Part shown: positions 1 through 10,644 of the stretch, one piece after another | How positions within the stretch are numbered: the first letter of the stretch is position 1 | How the letters are laid out: the number at the start of each line of letters is the position of its first letter | Assembly: GCA_964489065.1 (NCBI GenBank) | Contig: CAZAXH010000001.1 | Span: forward strand, 374,358 to 438,357 | Source of the DNA: an uncultured Planctomycetales bacterium | Lineage (GTDB): Bacteria > Omnitrophota > Gorgyraeia > Zapsychrales > JANLHA01 | Length of the DNA: 64,000 bases | Direction: 5' to 3' | The notes under the pieces: generated by a model | The model's database searches: none | What the model saw: only the letters and a program-made list of their open reading frames with translations | Told to the model about the DNA's origin: nothing | Program-made: the position numbers and the translations under genes

Positions 1-1503
1 TCTATTTCCCGGTGGAAATGAATACCCTCGGTATCATGATAATGTTTGCGTTTCAACTTCATGGCGCACATGTCCTGAATATGTTGCCTTGTTTTCGTCC
101 CGAATTTTTGTTCAATCATGCTTAAATACCTCTCGCTAGTGTGATATTCCTGAAACGCCTTGTCCCGGAAACGCAGGACCTCCCCACTGGAAAGGCACTT
201 CGTCGGAAGGGGCAGAGTGTCCTCGCTGAACTGCGCGTATCCAGCCCATGTCTCCGGCAACGGGAGCCCCTGGGCGATAGCTTCATCATAAAGATGGGAA
301 CCCGGGTACGCCATGGCGCAATAAAAATTGCCGTATTCGCAGTTCAGCTCTTTGGCTAGATCCAGCGTTTCCCGCATTGTCTCGAGGTCATCCTCCGGCA
401 GGCCGAAAATAAAATTCCCGACAATATGGATCCCCTCAGCGTGGGTCATATCGATGACCTTCTTAATCTGCTCCTGGCCAAACCGCCCCTTGGAAACCCC
501 TTCCCGGACTTTTACACTCCCCGACTCAATACCGTAAGCGATCCAATTGATGCCTGCCTGCTTCATCTTTTTAAACATGGGCTCCTTCACCGTGTCGATC
601 CGGCCATAGACCCAGAAGTTCAAATCATGCCCCAGGGCGATCAGCCGGTCACACAACTCTTCGACATGGCTGGCTTTCAAGGCGAACATTTCATCCAGAA
701 TTTTAATATGCCTGACCCCGTAATGCCTGACCAGGAAATCCACTTCTTCCACGACCTTCTCCGGCGGACGATACCGGATCCCGGGGCCGCCGAAGATGCT
801 GTTAATACAACAAAAACTGCAATGAAACGGGCACCCCAGACTGGTATAGATGACCGCGTACGGCTGGCGTTTGCCCACATCATCAAACGCGTGCCAATTA
901 TGCGCACGGTATTTCTGCATCGGCAAAAGATCCCACGCCGGCATCGGAAGCAGCCCCAAATCCGGGATATTCGCCGCCCGGGGGTTGGAAACAATCTGTT
1001 CGCCTTTTCTATACCACAACCCGTCGACAGCAAAATCATCCCCAACGGCCCTCCCTGACTTTAACAAATTCAGCAATTCCACATACGTGGAGAAACCTTC
1101 CCCTTCGCATAAAAAATCCACGCTCTCTTCCTGCATCGTCTGCGCCGGTAATGACGAAGGATGAAGTCCTGAAATCGCCGTGGGACACACGGGCCGGACA
1201 CGCCTCATCTCTTTGAGACATTCTCCAGCGCCGGGCATATTGATGGTCGACGCGGACGGATTGGTGCCAGACACGACCACCGCCACTAAAAGAGGCTCAT
1301 ACGCCAGGGCCCGCCGGACGGTTTCCCGGGCGTCAAAATTTTCCACCTCGGCATCGATCACCTGCACCTGAAACCCCTGTTCCCGGAGGAAAGCCGCAGT
1401 CAAAATAATCCACAACGGCGGTTCCAAACCCGTGAAATCTCGGCTGAGGTCCTGATACGCTTTTTTTTGATTATTCGCTTTGATCAATACGATATCCGTC
1501 ATA
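1..1503 (-). CDS. B12-binding domain radical SAM protein (partial, 3' end beyond window start)
   Basis: Minus-strand reading frame opens at ATG ~1501-1503 and has no stop before coordinate 1, so it is absent from the ORF track. My translation gives MTDIVLIKANNQKKAYQDLSRDFTGLEPPLWIILTAAFLREQGFQVQVIDAE... (Rossmann-like B12-binding N-domain) followed by the radical-SAM cluster motif SLGCPFHCSFCCINS (CxxxCxxC) around residue ~225. All plus-strand track ORFs at 141-1371 are shadows of this gene. Confidence 0.7.
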
Positions 1504-1793
1504 TACGCTCCCCGATTCTTTCATGGAGCCCCCGCCCATGGGCGTGGTCCCGATTAACAATTCGCTTCGCAGAATGATCTGACGTCTTAACACGCGTGCG
1601 AACATCCCGCAACAGAAGACCTTGTCAACCTCCCGCCTATATCCACGGGCCTACCCATGGTCTTCTTCGCATGTGGACAAACCGCGTGGTCATTATATGT
1701 TGAATCCGCGAGACGGTCAAGACTGGCCCTGTCACCGGCCTCAAGATTTCTCCACGGCACAAAAGGCACAAGGCCTTCAAAAACCACCGGCGG

Positions 1794-2726
1794 TCAAATG
1801 TTGGCAAACTGGTTTCTCTTAATAATCTGGTATCCCTTAATCAACTCCCCGATACCGGCCTGCAGGGAAATGTCGGGGAAATAGCCGGTTTTCTCGATCT
1901 TTTCGTTGGAGACCACATAATCCCGTTTATCCGGATCTTCCCCAATGGCAGACTCCAAGACATAAAACTCCGGGACCTGCTTGCGGATTTCATCACATAA
2001 TTCTTTCTTGGTCAGATTCGCGTCGCTTAACCCGACGTTATAGGGCTCGCCCTTCATGGACTCATAATTTTTTAAACCATGAAGAAACGCCTTGGCCACA
2101 TCCCGGACATGGATAAAATTCCGTTTGAAGTGCGCCTCAAACAGAATAATAAACCGGTCATTGACCGCCCGGTAAGTAAAATCATTCACCAAAAGATCCA
2201 GGCGCATGCGAGGGCTGATCCCGAAGGCCGTTGCTAGCCGCAGCGTGATGCCCTTCCCGGACGACAGCACAGCATCTTCCGCCTGAACTTTAAGCCGGCC
2301 ATATAAGGAAATCGGGTTCAACGGCGTTTCTTCCGTGCAGAAACAATCTTTCTGCCCCACTCCGTATCCGCTGTTTGTCGTCGGAAGAATGATCATCTGA
2401 TCCCGGCCGCTCACATCCAAAACCATACGCACCGCGTCCACCAGCACCGTCTGGGCCGCCCAAGGGTCTTTTTTGCATAACGGCGCCCCCGTCAGGCAGG
2501 CCAAAGGAAAAACAGCGTCCGCGGATTTCATCAGGCGCTCCACGAGGGCCTTGTCCCGGGCGTCGCCCCGCACAACCGTGAGCCGGGGGTCGCAACAGCA
2601 GTCCAACAACGGCGTCTGGTTATACATAAAATTATCCAGGACCACAACCTCATGCCCTTCAGACAACAAACGCGGCACCAGGACCGAACCGATATAACCG
2701 GCTCCACCGGTCACCAATATTTTCAT
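1794..2726 (-). CDS. NAD-dependent epimerase/dehydratase (extended SDR family)
   Basis: N-terminal MKILVTGGAGYIGS Rossmann GxxGxxG; SDR-like length (310 aa); nucleotide-sugar gene neighbourhood. Confidence 0.8.
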   Translation of the reverse strand: MKILVTGGAGYIGSVLVPRLLSEGHEVVVLDNFMYNQTPLLDCCCDPRLTVVRGDARDKALVERLMKSADAVFPLACLTGAPLCKKDPWAAQTVLVDAVRMVLDVSGRDQMIILPTTNSGYGVGQKDCFCTEETPLNPISLYGRLKVQAEDAVLSSGKGITLRLATAFGISPRMRLDLLVNDFTYRAVNDRFIILFEAHFKRNFIHVRDVAKAFLHGLKNYESMKGEPYNVGLSDANLTKKELCDEIRKQVPEFYVLESAIGEDPDKRDYVVSNEKIEKTGYFPDISLQAGIGELIKGYQIIKRNQFANI

Positions 2727-2786
2727 GATTCTCTCCTCTGTATATATTTAATCCGTTCACCGCCCGCCGGAAATCCAAAAACACCT

Positions 2787-3827
2787 TCAGGCCATCAGGC
2801 GTTCCGCCGCGGCAACAATATCAGCCACCCCGGGATAAAAGGCTTCCTCCAAGACATAACTGGCCGGAGTCGGGATATCGGGAAGACACACCCGCACTGG
2901 TGGCTTTTTCAAAAAGCTAAAGCCTTTTTCCGCGGCCAGAGCCACGACTTCCGCCGCGAATCCGCTGGTTTTCCAGTCGACATCCGCGACCATCAATTTC
3001 CCGGTCTTCTCCAGCGACTTAAGAAAAATTTCTTCATCAAAAGGGCACAAAGTTCTGGGATCAATGACCTCCAGGCTGATCCCTTTCTTCTCCAGTTGTT
3101 CCGCCGCCCGGAGAGACTCAATCACCATATGCGATATCGCAAGTACCGTGATGTCTCGTCCCAGGCGTTTAATCGTGCCCTGGCCGAACGGAACCGCGTA
3201 AACATCCTGAGGGACATATCCCTTGTGCTGATAAAGCCAGCGGTGTTCTATAAACAACACCGGATTCGGGTCTGCCACGCTGGCGATAAAAAGGCCCTTG
3301 GCGTCATAAGCCGTGCTGGGCATCACAATTTTCAAGCCCGGCACATGAGTAAAAAGCCCGTGCAAAGACTGGGAATGCTGGGCGGCCGAGCCCCAACCCC
3401 GGCCGATGCAGGCCCGGATCACGAGAGGAATCGGCACCTGCCCCGAGAACATATAACACCATTTCGAGGCGGCGTTAACAATCTGGTCCATAGCCATCAT
3501 CAGGAAATCCGGACGGTTATGAATGGACACCGGCCGTAATCCTGCCATAGCCGACCCGATGGCCATGCCGATCGTCGCTTCTTCGGCTAAGGGGGTGTCA
3601 AAAATCCGCCGCGGCCCGTATTTTTCCCGTAACCCAAGCGTCGTCCCGAAAATCCCCCCGGGGTCATCAATCCCCTGCCCCATGGCATACACGCGGGGAT
3701 CCCGGACCAGAGCCTGATCCAACGCTTCACGCAGGGCTTCCCCGAAACTCAACTTGCGGACATCCTGCCCGGCATTTTCGTCGAAAACAGGCTCTTCCCG
3801 TTCAATTTGTAATTTTGTCCAAGGCAT
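2787..3827 (-). CDS. Thiamine-diphosphate-dependent 2-oxoacid dehydrogenase E1 component beta subunit (transketolase-like C-terminal)
   Basis: 346 aa; the SFGEALREALDQALVRDPRVYAMGQGIDD... region and the ...PSTAYDAKGLF... motif are typical of PDH/acetoin-DH E1-beta; 4-bp spacing to the alpha subunit gene. Confidence 0.8.
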   Translation of the reverse strand: MPWTKLQIEREEPVFDENAGQDVRKLSFGEALREALDQALVRDPRVYAMGQGIDDPGGIFGTTLGLREKYGPRRIFDTPLAEEATIGMAIGSAMAGLRPVSIHNRPDFLMMAMDQIVNAASKWCYMFSGQVPIPLVIRACIGRGWGSAAQHSQSLHGLFTHVPGLKIVMPSTAYDAKGLFIASVADPNPVLFIEHRWLYQHKGYVPQDVYAVPFGQGTIKRLGRDITVLAISHMVIESLRAAEQLEKKGISLEVIDPRTLCPFDEEIFLKSLEKTGKLMVADVDWKTSGFAAEVVALAAEKGFSFLKKPPVRVCLPDIPTPASYVLEEAFYPGVADIVAAAERLMA

Positions 3828-3830
3828 GGC

Positions 3831-4841
3831 TTATGCAAATAAATATTTCTTTAAATCCTCTTTCCGGGGAAGAGGCCCGTTTTGAGCATAATGGAACGCT
3901 TCTTCAATTTCCCCGTTCAGCATCCCGGTTATTTCCTGAATCACCGTTTCCTTCACCGCCCGCTGGGAACGCAGGACCTGTTCCAGGTCAGCCAAAGGAT
4001 CCCGCATCCAATCCGGTTTTAAATCCTGCGGGTTGCGGTATTGCTCCCGCAATGGGTCCCCGGCTCCCGCATGCGCCCGCCAGCGCTGCACGCAACATTC
4101 CAACACATAAGGCCCGCTTCCCTGCCGGGCATGATGAATGGCATCCCCGGCTTTCATAAAAACCTGTTCCGCATCCATTCCGTCAACTTTTACGGCGGGG
4201 ATATCAAAGGCCCGGGCGCGCATGGCGATATCCGGATTCGGCTGCCGGGCGGAAATATGCGAGCATACGGAATAAAAATTGTTTTCACAGACAAAAACAA
4301 CCGGCAGGCGTTTCAAAGCCGCCAGGCTCATGCTCTCAAAAAAGACCCCCTCCTCGCTGGCCGCATCCCCCAGGAAAGAGACCGCGACGGATTTCTTGTC
4401 CTGCATCATAAAGGCCAATGCCGCGCCCACTGCATGAGGGATGCTCCCCCCCACGATGGCGGAGGACCCCAAGTGGCCGACGGAAACATCAATCAAATGC
4501 ATCGACCCTCCCCGGCCTTTGGCGCACCCGGTTTCTTTGCAATACAACTCGGCGATCATCGCTTTAAGATCCCCGCCTTTGGCCAGATAATGGGCGTGAC
4601 TGCGGTGGCTACTAAAAATCAAATCCTCCGGATGCAAGTGCGCACACACACCCGCCGCGACAGCTTCCTCTCCCAGAGAAAGATGAATAGGCGTTTTCAT
4701 TTCATCCAGATGATATAAAGACTCAATCTTTAATTCAACCAGCCGGATCCGGGCCATGACCCGGTAAAGATTTAGAAGCTGTTCTGTGCCGATCTGGATG
4801 CAATCACCGTATGACTGATATTCATTCATGATGTCCGTCAA
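3831..4841 (-). CDS. Thiamine-diphosphate-dependent 2-oxoacid dehydrogenase E1 component alpha subunit
   Basis: 336 aa; TPP-binding [33 protein letters not shown] motif (GDG-x-N-like) characteristic of E1-alpha; overlaps the next gene by 4 bp. Confidence 0.8.
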   Translation of the reverse strand: MTDIMNEYQSYGDCIQIGTEQLLNLYRVMARIRLVELKIESLYHLDEMKTPIHLSLGEEAVAAGVCAHLHPEDLIFSSHRSHAHYLAKGGDLKAMIAELYCKETGCAKGRGGSMHLIDVSVGHLGSSAIVGGSIPHAVGAALAFMMQDKKSVAVSFLGDAASEEGVFFESMSLAALKRLPVVFVCENNFYSVCSHISARQPNPDIAMRARAFDIPAVKVDGMDAEQVFMKAGDAIHHARQGSGPYVLECCVQRWRAHAGAGDPLREQYRNPQDLKPDWMRDPLADLEQVLRSQRAVKETVIQEITGMLNGEIEEAFHYAQNGPLPRKEDLKKYLFA

Positions 4842-5785
4842 ATCTTTTGTTGTTTAAACCATTCTATCGTTTCGGCGAGCCCTTTTTCCAGAGAAACCCG
4901 GGGGCTCCATTTCAGCAGGCGTCTGGCCAGAGAAATATCCGGCCGCCGCTGTTGAGGATCATCTTTAGGAAGCGATTTTTTAACGATCCTGGATTTTGAC
5001 CGTGATAATGTTAACACCAGTTGCGCGGCCTGCAAAATAGTAAACTCTTCAGGATTCCCGATATTAACCGGACTGGTATACTCCGAATGGAGAAGACGGA
5101 CAATGCCATCCAAAAGGTCAGTATAAAAGCAAAACGATCGGGTTTGCCTCCCGGTGCCGTAAACCGTCAGAGGCTTATTATGAAGCGCCTGAAAAATAAA
5201 GTTAGGAACGACACGCCCGTCCTTAACTCTCATCCGCGGCCCGTAAGTATTAAAAATCCGCACAATCCGCGTATCCAGCTTGTGGTAGCGATGATACGCC
5301 AGGGTCATGGCTTCCGCAAAGCGCTTGGCCTCGTCATAAACACCGCGCGGCCCGATCGGGTTGACATGCCCCCAGTATGTTTCCTTTTGCGGGTGTTCCT
5401 GAGGGTCCCCGTAAACCTCCGATGTCGAGGCCAGCAGGTACCGGGATTTTTTCAGTTTCGCCAATCCCAGCGTATTGTATGTCCCCAGGGATCCTACTTT
5501 CAGCGTAGGGATCGGGAACAGCAGGTAATCAATCGGACTCGCCGGGGAGGCAAAATGCAGGATATAATCAACGGGCCCCGGCAGCCGGATGTCCTTGGAG
5601 ATATCGTGGCGGATCAGCCGAAAATATTTATTGTTTTGCAGATGCCGGATATTTTGTTCGCTGCCGGTAATAAAGTTATCTACGCAAAAAACACGGCAGC
5701 CTTCCTCAAGCAAACGGTCACAGAGATGGCTTCCCAGGAACCCGGCGCCTCCCGTAACAACGGCAACTTTTTTCCTTGACCCCAT
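4838..5785 (-). CDS. UDP-glucuronate decarboxylase (UDP-xylose synthase-like, SDR)
   Basis: [20 protein letters not shown] Rossmann motif; YDEAKR catalytic Y-x-x-x-K; 315 aa; strong resemblance to UXS/ArnA-C-terminal decarboxylases. Confidence 0.85.
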   Translation of the reverse strand: MGSRKKVAVVTGGAGFLGSHLCDRLLEEGCRVFCVDNFITGSEQNIRHLQNNKYFRLIRHDISKDIRLPGPVDYILHFASPASPIDYLLFPIPTLKVGSLGTYNTLGLAKLKKSRYLLASTSEVYGDPQEHPQKETYWGHVNPIGPRGVYDEAKRFAEAMTLAYHRYHKLDTRIVRIFNTYGPRMRVKDGRVVPNFIFQALHNKPLTVYGTGRQTRSFCFYTDLLDGIVRLLHSEYTSPVNIGNPEEFTILQAAQLVLTLSRSKSRIVKKSLPKDDPQQRRPDISLARRLLKWSPRVSLEKGLAETIEWFKQQKI

Positions 5786-5809
5786 GGTTGACGCTCCTTC
5801 GCTATAAAT

Positions 5810-7111
5810 TTACAGTTTTACCACCTTGGCACCGGGGCTGTTTTTGTAAACATTCCGGATATCAAAAATCAGTTTCGCATGACGCCGGATCAAAGCATAA
5901 TCAACGCCCGTATGGTCCGTCGCTATTACGGCACAATCACAGGCTTTGACCGCTTTGGGCGTTAACGGCACAGCGGTCAGATGGATGCCCGGGAAATCCA
6001 GATAAGGGATAATCGGATCATGATAATCGACCTGGCATCCGGCCTCCTGCAAAAGCTGGATCAATTTCAGCGGCGGCGACTTGCGGAGATCCTTAACGTC
6101 TTTTTTATATGTCACCCCCAGGATAAGAACCCGGATGCCCTTCAATTCCTTCCCTTTCCCGGCGAGGATATCCCTCAGGCGCTCAACGGCGTATTGCGTC
6201 ATATATGAATTCGTGTCGGCGGATATCTTAATATATTTCGAGCTGAACCCGTATTGTTTGGCCCTCCAGTACAAATACAACGGGTCATCCGGGATGCAAT
6301 GGCCGCCCACGCCCAGGCCGGGATAAAAAGGCATAAAGCCAAAGGGCTTGGTCTTCGCGGCCTCAATCACTTCCCATATGTCAATGCCCAGCTTATGGCA
6401 CATAATCGCCAGTTCGTTAATCCAGCCGATATTAATAATGCGAAAAGAATTTTCCAGAAGTTTAGTCATTTCCGCCGCTTCTGCCGTCGCCACGCAATGG
6501 ACTTTACATATAATTTTTTCATAAAGGGCCTTTGTCAACTGCCCACTTTCCGGCGTAACCCCGCCCACGACCTTGGTAATTTTAGTCACATCGTACCGGT
6601 CATTCCCGGGATCGATTCTTTCCGGAGAAAAAGCCAGGAAAAAGTCCTTCCCGGCCTTTAGCCCGGCCTTTTCGAGTTCCGGCAGAATTAGCTCTTTGGT
6701 GGTGCCCGGGTAGGTCGTGCTTTCCAAAACGATCAGCGTATCTTTCCGCAAATAACGCCGGATCGTCCGCACGGCATCAACAATATACGAGATATCCGGC
6801 GTGTACTTGCTCTTGAGCGGCGTCGGCACGCAAATGATCAGGACATCCATGTCCGAAATCACGGAAAAGTCCATCCCGGCCTCCAGCCGGCCACAGCGAA
6901 CAGCATCCGCGACGTCCTTGGTCGGGATATCAGAGATATAACTGACGCTGTTCTGGATATGCTCGACCCGGTCTTGGTCTTTGTCCAGCCCATGAACGCT
7001 ATATCCTTTTTTGGCGAAATTGACGGCCAAGGGAAGCCCCACATACCCCAAGCCCAAGACAGCAATTTTCGCCTTTTTGGAATCAATTTTCTTCTTCAAC
7101 ACAGTAGACAT
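5810..7111 (-). CDS. Nucleotide-sugar dehydrogenase (UDP-N-acetyl-D-mannosamine / UDP-GlcNAc 6-dehydrogenase family)
   Basis: 433 aa; N-terminal KIAVLGLGYVGLPLA NAD-binding motif, catalytic GGHCIP Cys region, UDP-binding C-terminal domain. Confidence 0.8.
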   Translation of the reverse strand: MSTVLKKKIDSKKAKIAVLGLGYVGLPLAVNFAKKGYSVHGLDKDQDRVEHIQNSVSYISDIPTKDVADAVRCGRLEAGMDFSVISDMDVLIICVPTPLKSKYTPDISYIVDAVRTIRRYLRKDTLIVLESTTYPGTTKELILPELEKAGLKAGKDFFLAFSPERIDPGNDRYDVTKITKVVGGVTPESGQLTKALYEKIICKVHCVATAEAAEMTKLLENSFRIINIGWINELAIMCHKLGIDIWEVIEAAKTKPFGFMPFYPGLGVGGHCIPDDPLYLYWRAKQYGFSSKYIKISADTNSYMTQYAVERLRDILAGKGKELKGIRVLILGVTYKKDVKDLRKSPPLKLIQLLQEAGCQVDYHDPIIPYLDFPGIHLTAVPLTPKAVKACDCAVIATDHTGVDYALIRRHAKLIFDIRNVYKNSPGAKVVKL

Positions 7112-7135
7112 CCCTCATCCCTCTCTTTCAATTTC

Positions 7136-8446
7136 CTAAACAGAAATACCCCGGCCGATGCCGTAGTATTCGTATCCCAAGTCGCTCAACCGGTCAGCAT
7201 GGTACAAATTCCTGCCGTCAAACACAATCGCTTGCCGCATTAAGGTTTTAAGTTTTTTGAAATTTAATTTTTTAAACTCCGCCCATTCGGTCAAAAGCAA
7301 CAAACAATCACAGCCTTTAGCTAAGGCGTAAGGATCTTTACAGAAAATCACCTTCTTCAGTGTTTTTTTGGCCTGCCCCATCGCCTGAGGATCATACGCT
7401 TTCACTTTGGCCCCTTCTTTCTGTAAGGCCGCGATAATATCCAAAGCCGGGGCGTTGCGCATATCATCCGTGTCAGGTTTAAAAGCCAGCCCCAGGACAC
7501 CGATCACCTTATCTTTCAGAATCCACAACTTATCCTCAATCAAGTGAACGAAAAGGGCCTTCTGGTCCTCATTCACCTGCCGGACTTCCTTCAGAAGATT
7601 GAACTGATACCCGCTCTTTTCACTCAGACGGATAAAGGCGTCCACATCCTTGGGAAAGCAACTGCCGCCGTACCCGATCCCGGCCCTCAAAAAACTTTTC
7701 CCTATTCTCTTGTCGTAGCCCATGCCTTCCGCCACTTTAAGGATGTCCGCGCCCACACGGTCACAGATCTGCGCCAGGGCGTTGGCGAAAGAAATTTTTG
7801 TGGCCAAGAACGAGTTAGACGCATGCTTGATGATTTCCGCGGAATTAATATTCGTCACCACGATATGCGGGTTTAAAGGCTGATAAATCTCACGTAAAAT
7901 TTTCTCCGCCCGGGCCGACTCAACTCCGATCACCACCCGGTCCGGGTTCATAAAATCCTCGATCGCCGAACCTTCCCGCAAAAATTCCGGGTTAGACGCC
8001 ACGTCAAAGGACACCGCTTTGCTGCGTTTAGGCAAGTTCAACCGGATGGTGCGTTCAATGCGTTTTCCTGTTTCCGCCGGCACCGTGGACTTTTCAATAA
8101 TTAACTTATAAGAGGTCATGCTGACGGCAATCTGCCGGGCGACATTTTCGACATACGTTAAATCCGCCTCGCCGTTTTTCTTGGACGGCGTCCCGACGGC
8201 GATAAAAATAACGTCTGTTTTCTGGGTGGCCTCCCGGACCGATCCGCAAAAACTTAAATGTTTCTTCTTCATGGCCTCACGCAGCAAGACATCCAGGCCG
8301 GGTTCATAAATAGGAACCTGGCCCGCTTTTAATTTTTTGATTTTTTCCTGATCACTATCCACGCAAAGGACCCGGTGCCCGATGGAGGACAAACACACTC
8401 CCGTCACCAGCCCCACGTAGCCACATCCGATAATTGAAATATTCAT
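7136..8446 (-). CDS. ugd: UDP-glucose 6-dehydrogenase
   Basis: NISIIGCGYVGLVTGVCL NAD-binding motif, GGSCFPKD catalytic Cys, 436 aa from the internal ATG (MNISII...) preceded by an AAAGGA RBS. The track ORF extends 8 codons further to 8470. Together with the decarboxylase this gives the established UDP-Glc to UDP-GlcA to UDP-Xyl route. Confidence 0.8.
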   Translation of the reverse strand: MNISIIGCGYVGLVTGVCLSSIGHRVLCVDSDQEKIKKLKAGQVPIYEPGLDVLLREAMKKKHLSFCGSVREATQKTDVIFIAVGTPSKKNGEADLTYVENVARQIAVSMTSYKLIIEKSTVPAETGKRIERTIRLNLPKRSKAVSFDVASNPEFLREGSAIEDFMNPDRVVIGVESARAEKILREIYQPLNPHIVVTNINSAEIIKHASNSFLATKISFANALAQICDRVGADILKVAEGMGYDKRIGKSFLRAGIGYGGSCFPKDVDAFIRLSEKSGYQFNLLKEVRQVNEDQKALFVHLIEDKLWILKDKVIGVLGLAFKPDTDDMRNAPALDIIAALQKEGAKVKAYDPQAMGQAKKTLKKVIFCKDPYALAKGCDCLLLLTEWAEFKKLNFKKLKTLMRQAIVFDGRNLYHADRLSDLGYEYYGIGRGISV

Positions 8447-8475
8447 AAAAATCCTTTCTTGATGTAACACCGCCC

Positions 8476-10644
8476 CTAATTCTGGGACCCGGCTTTTCGG
8501 CGGTTAAAACTCGTACCCACGTCAAATCCGATTTCAGGGAAAGCCTTCATCGTCATGACAACCCAAATTTCCGTGCCTTCCCCGCGGGTTTCGTTAAATG
8601 TCAGCGCCATCGTCCAAGCATGAAGGTCGCGCTCGAACCCGTATTGCTGCTCTTTCAAAGTCCCGGTATCGAGGTCAAACCGCTGATACACATTAAAAGT
8701 CCATTTCGGGTTCACCCTCCAGCCCACCTCCGTGGTGATCTGGTCATCCACCTCCCGGTTAAAACGCTTCCCAAATTTCCAGTACCACCGGGCGCCGTCA
8801 TCGTTAATATAAAAATCAACATTGGCGGTATCCAAATGCTCCTCAATCGTATCGTACCCGGCATCAAAAGACAGGGACCACCAATTGTAAGGGTTAAGTT
8901 CCAGATCCCCGGAAACGCTGTTAAAGCCCCCCTTCCCCGGATCCTCTTTTAAAAGAAAATTTGTCCCCACAATCATCCGGGCGAGATCAACGCTCTTGCC
9001 TCGCCGCTTGGTCTGCAGTTTGTTTTCCAGGTTAAAATTCAGGGAATGCGCCCGCGTCTGGGAGTCAACGCTGTCAAACTGGTCAAAGACGCTGTTATCC
9101 AAGGTGGGGTCATGGCGGTAAAGATAAGCCACCGACGGGGTCACAACGTGCCGCAACCGTTTAATGTCCAGCCCCCAGCGGTCAATGGTTGTTTCGTAAA
9201 TCTTATAGAATTTCGTGCTCAAATCCGACCCCGTGAAGAAGAGACCCCGGATGGAATTATAATCAGCCGGGTCTTTAGTCCGGCTGTAATATGTCTGCCG
9301 GGTGCCGACATAAGGCTTTAACTCGATAAAACTGACTTTCATAGGGTACGACAATTCGTTTTCTGAATCCATGCGCATGGTTTTGAGCGCATCTTCTGAC
9401 GGGCTGGCCGGCTTCAGCGAAAGGTTGGAGTAGGTAGAGGTCTCCTTAAAATAAAAACCGGTGTCCCCCAGTTCCTGGTTCGGCAAAGTATAACTGATTT
9501 CTGGAAGCCTCTCCACAATACTGGTAAAACGGTTCACCCGGACATCGCTCCTGAAACTGAACGTCCCGGCCGGGAAATTTCTGCTCAAAAGAAAATACGT
9601 AGAAGGGCTGGAATCCTCTTCATTATCTTTCTCAAAATAATCCTTTAAAAACGCCGCGTCACTGAGCCGGGAATACTGTAAGACCGCACTCGTATCCCGG
9701 TCTACGTTCCATTTATGCCGCCACTCTACTTTATAACGCTCCCGTTCAAGCGTGGGCTCGGTCCGTTCTTCAAAAAAATAATCCGCCTTGACGTCCCGTT
9801 CGTTCATATAATACGTGCGGAGAAGGCCGTAGCCGTAGCGGTCGGTTTTATAATCCGAGTCTACGCCCCACGCCACATCCTTTTTTTGCCGATAATCCAC
9901 GTGCACGGTCCCTTTAACCTTGGGAGACAATTCATACCGCCATCGGCTAAGCAAAAAAGGCCCCCAATCTTTATCATATCCCGGCGTGATTAAGAAAGCC
10001 GGTTTCCGTCCGGTCAAATCCTGTGTATATTTAGGAAGATAAAAGATTGGCACCTGCCCGATCTGCAGCCGCACATTTCTGGCCACGGCTTTGTCCCCCG
10101 GATAAATGTCCACCCTTCGGGACACAAAACGGAAATGAGGATCATCCAGATCACACGTTGTAATAAAGCCGCGATCAAGGACCATGTGATTCTCGTTGAT
10201 CCTGGTGACTTTCTCCCCGGCCCCGTAAAACGGTTCCGCGGCAATCCGTGTCTCTGCGAAATCGCCTTTCATGGTCAAAAAATTAAATTCCAGGCTGTCC
10301 CCGGTCAGCCGCTGGCTGCCGCGGATCAAAACAACATTACCTTCGGCATACACCATGTTGGATTGGTTGGAAAACTCCATGGAATCACAGAGCAGCGTCA
10401 CGTCCTCTTTTTTTACCGAGACGTTCCCTTCGGCGATGACTTTATTTTCGTGAATCAAATATTCCACCCGGTCTCCGTTAATTTCAACGGGGGAAACATC
10501 CTCTGCCGCAAGGGCGGACAAGGAAAAAGCAAACCCCACGGCCCAAACAATCACCCCACACCCCAATATCAAAACCGGGCTTTTTTTTATCCGCGGGACT
10601 TTTAAATAGACCAAAAACTTCATCCTTATTATCAACCGCCGCAA
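8476..10644 (-). CDS. lptD: LPS-assembly protein LptD (OstA family outer-membrane beta-barrel)
   Basis: 722 aa, signal peptide / TM at the N-terminus, OstA-like N-domain (INGDRVEYLIHENKVIAEGNVSVKKEDVTLLCDSMEF...AEGNVVLIRGSQRLTGDSLEFNF), aromatic-rich beta-barrel C-terminal half. Confidence 0.75.
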   Translation of the reverse strand: MRRLIIRMKFLVYLKVPRIKKSPVLILGCGVIVWAVGFAFSLSALAAEDVSPVEINGDRVEYLIHENKVIAEGNVSVKKEDVTLLCDSMEFSNQSNMVYAEGNVVLIRGSQRLTGDSLEFNFLTMKGDFAETRIAAEPFYGAGEKVTRINENHMVLDRGFITTCDLDDPHFRFVSRRVDIYPGDKAVARNVRLQIGQVPIFYLPKYTQDLTGRKPAFLITPGYDKDWGPFLLSRWRYELSPKVKGTVHVDYRQKKDVAWGVDSDYKTDRYGYGLLRTYYMNERDVKADYFFEERTEPTLERERYKVEWRHKWNVDRDTSAVLQYSRLSDAAFLKDYFEKDNEEDSSPSTYFLLSRNFPAGTFSFRSDVRVNRFTSIVERLPEISYTLPNQELGDTGFYFKETSTYSNLSLKPASPSEDALKTMRMDSENELSYPMKVSFIELKPYVGTRQTYYSRTKDPADYNSIRGLFFTGSDLSTKFYKIYETTIDRWGLDIKRLRHVVTPSVAYLYRHDPTLDNSVFDQFDSVDSQTRAHSLNFNLENKLQTKRRGKSVDLARMIVGTNFLLKEDPGKGGFNSVSGDLELNPYNWWSLSFDAGYDTIEEHLDTANVDFYINDDGARWYWKFGKRFNREVDDQITTEVGWRVNPKWTFNVYQRFDLDTGTLKEQQYGFERDLHAWTMALTFNETRGEGTEIWVVMTMKAFPEIGFDVGTSFNRRKAGSQN

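Noticed and set aside
141-1371. Track ORFs 141..359+, 328..537+, 426..1058+, 677..1045-, 850..1164+, 1036..1221-, 1180..1371+
   Set aside because: All overlap the uninterrupted minus-strand radical-SAM frame (1..1503), which has clear motifs; these are shadows.
2652-3539. 295-aa plus-strand ORF
   Set aside because: Antisense to the E1-beta gene; His/Arg-rich low-complexity translation.
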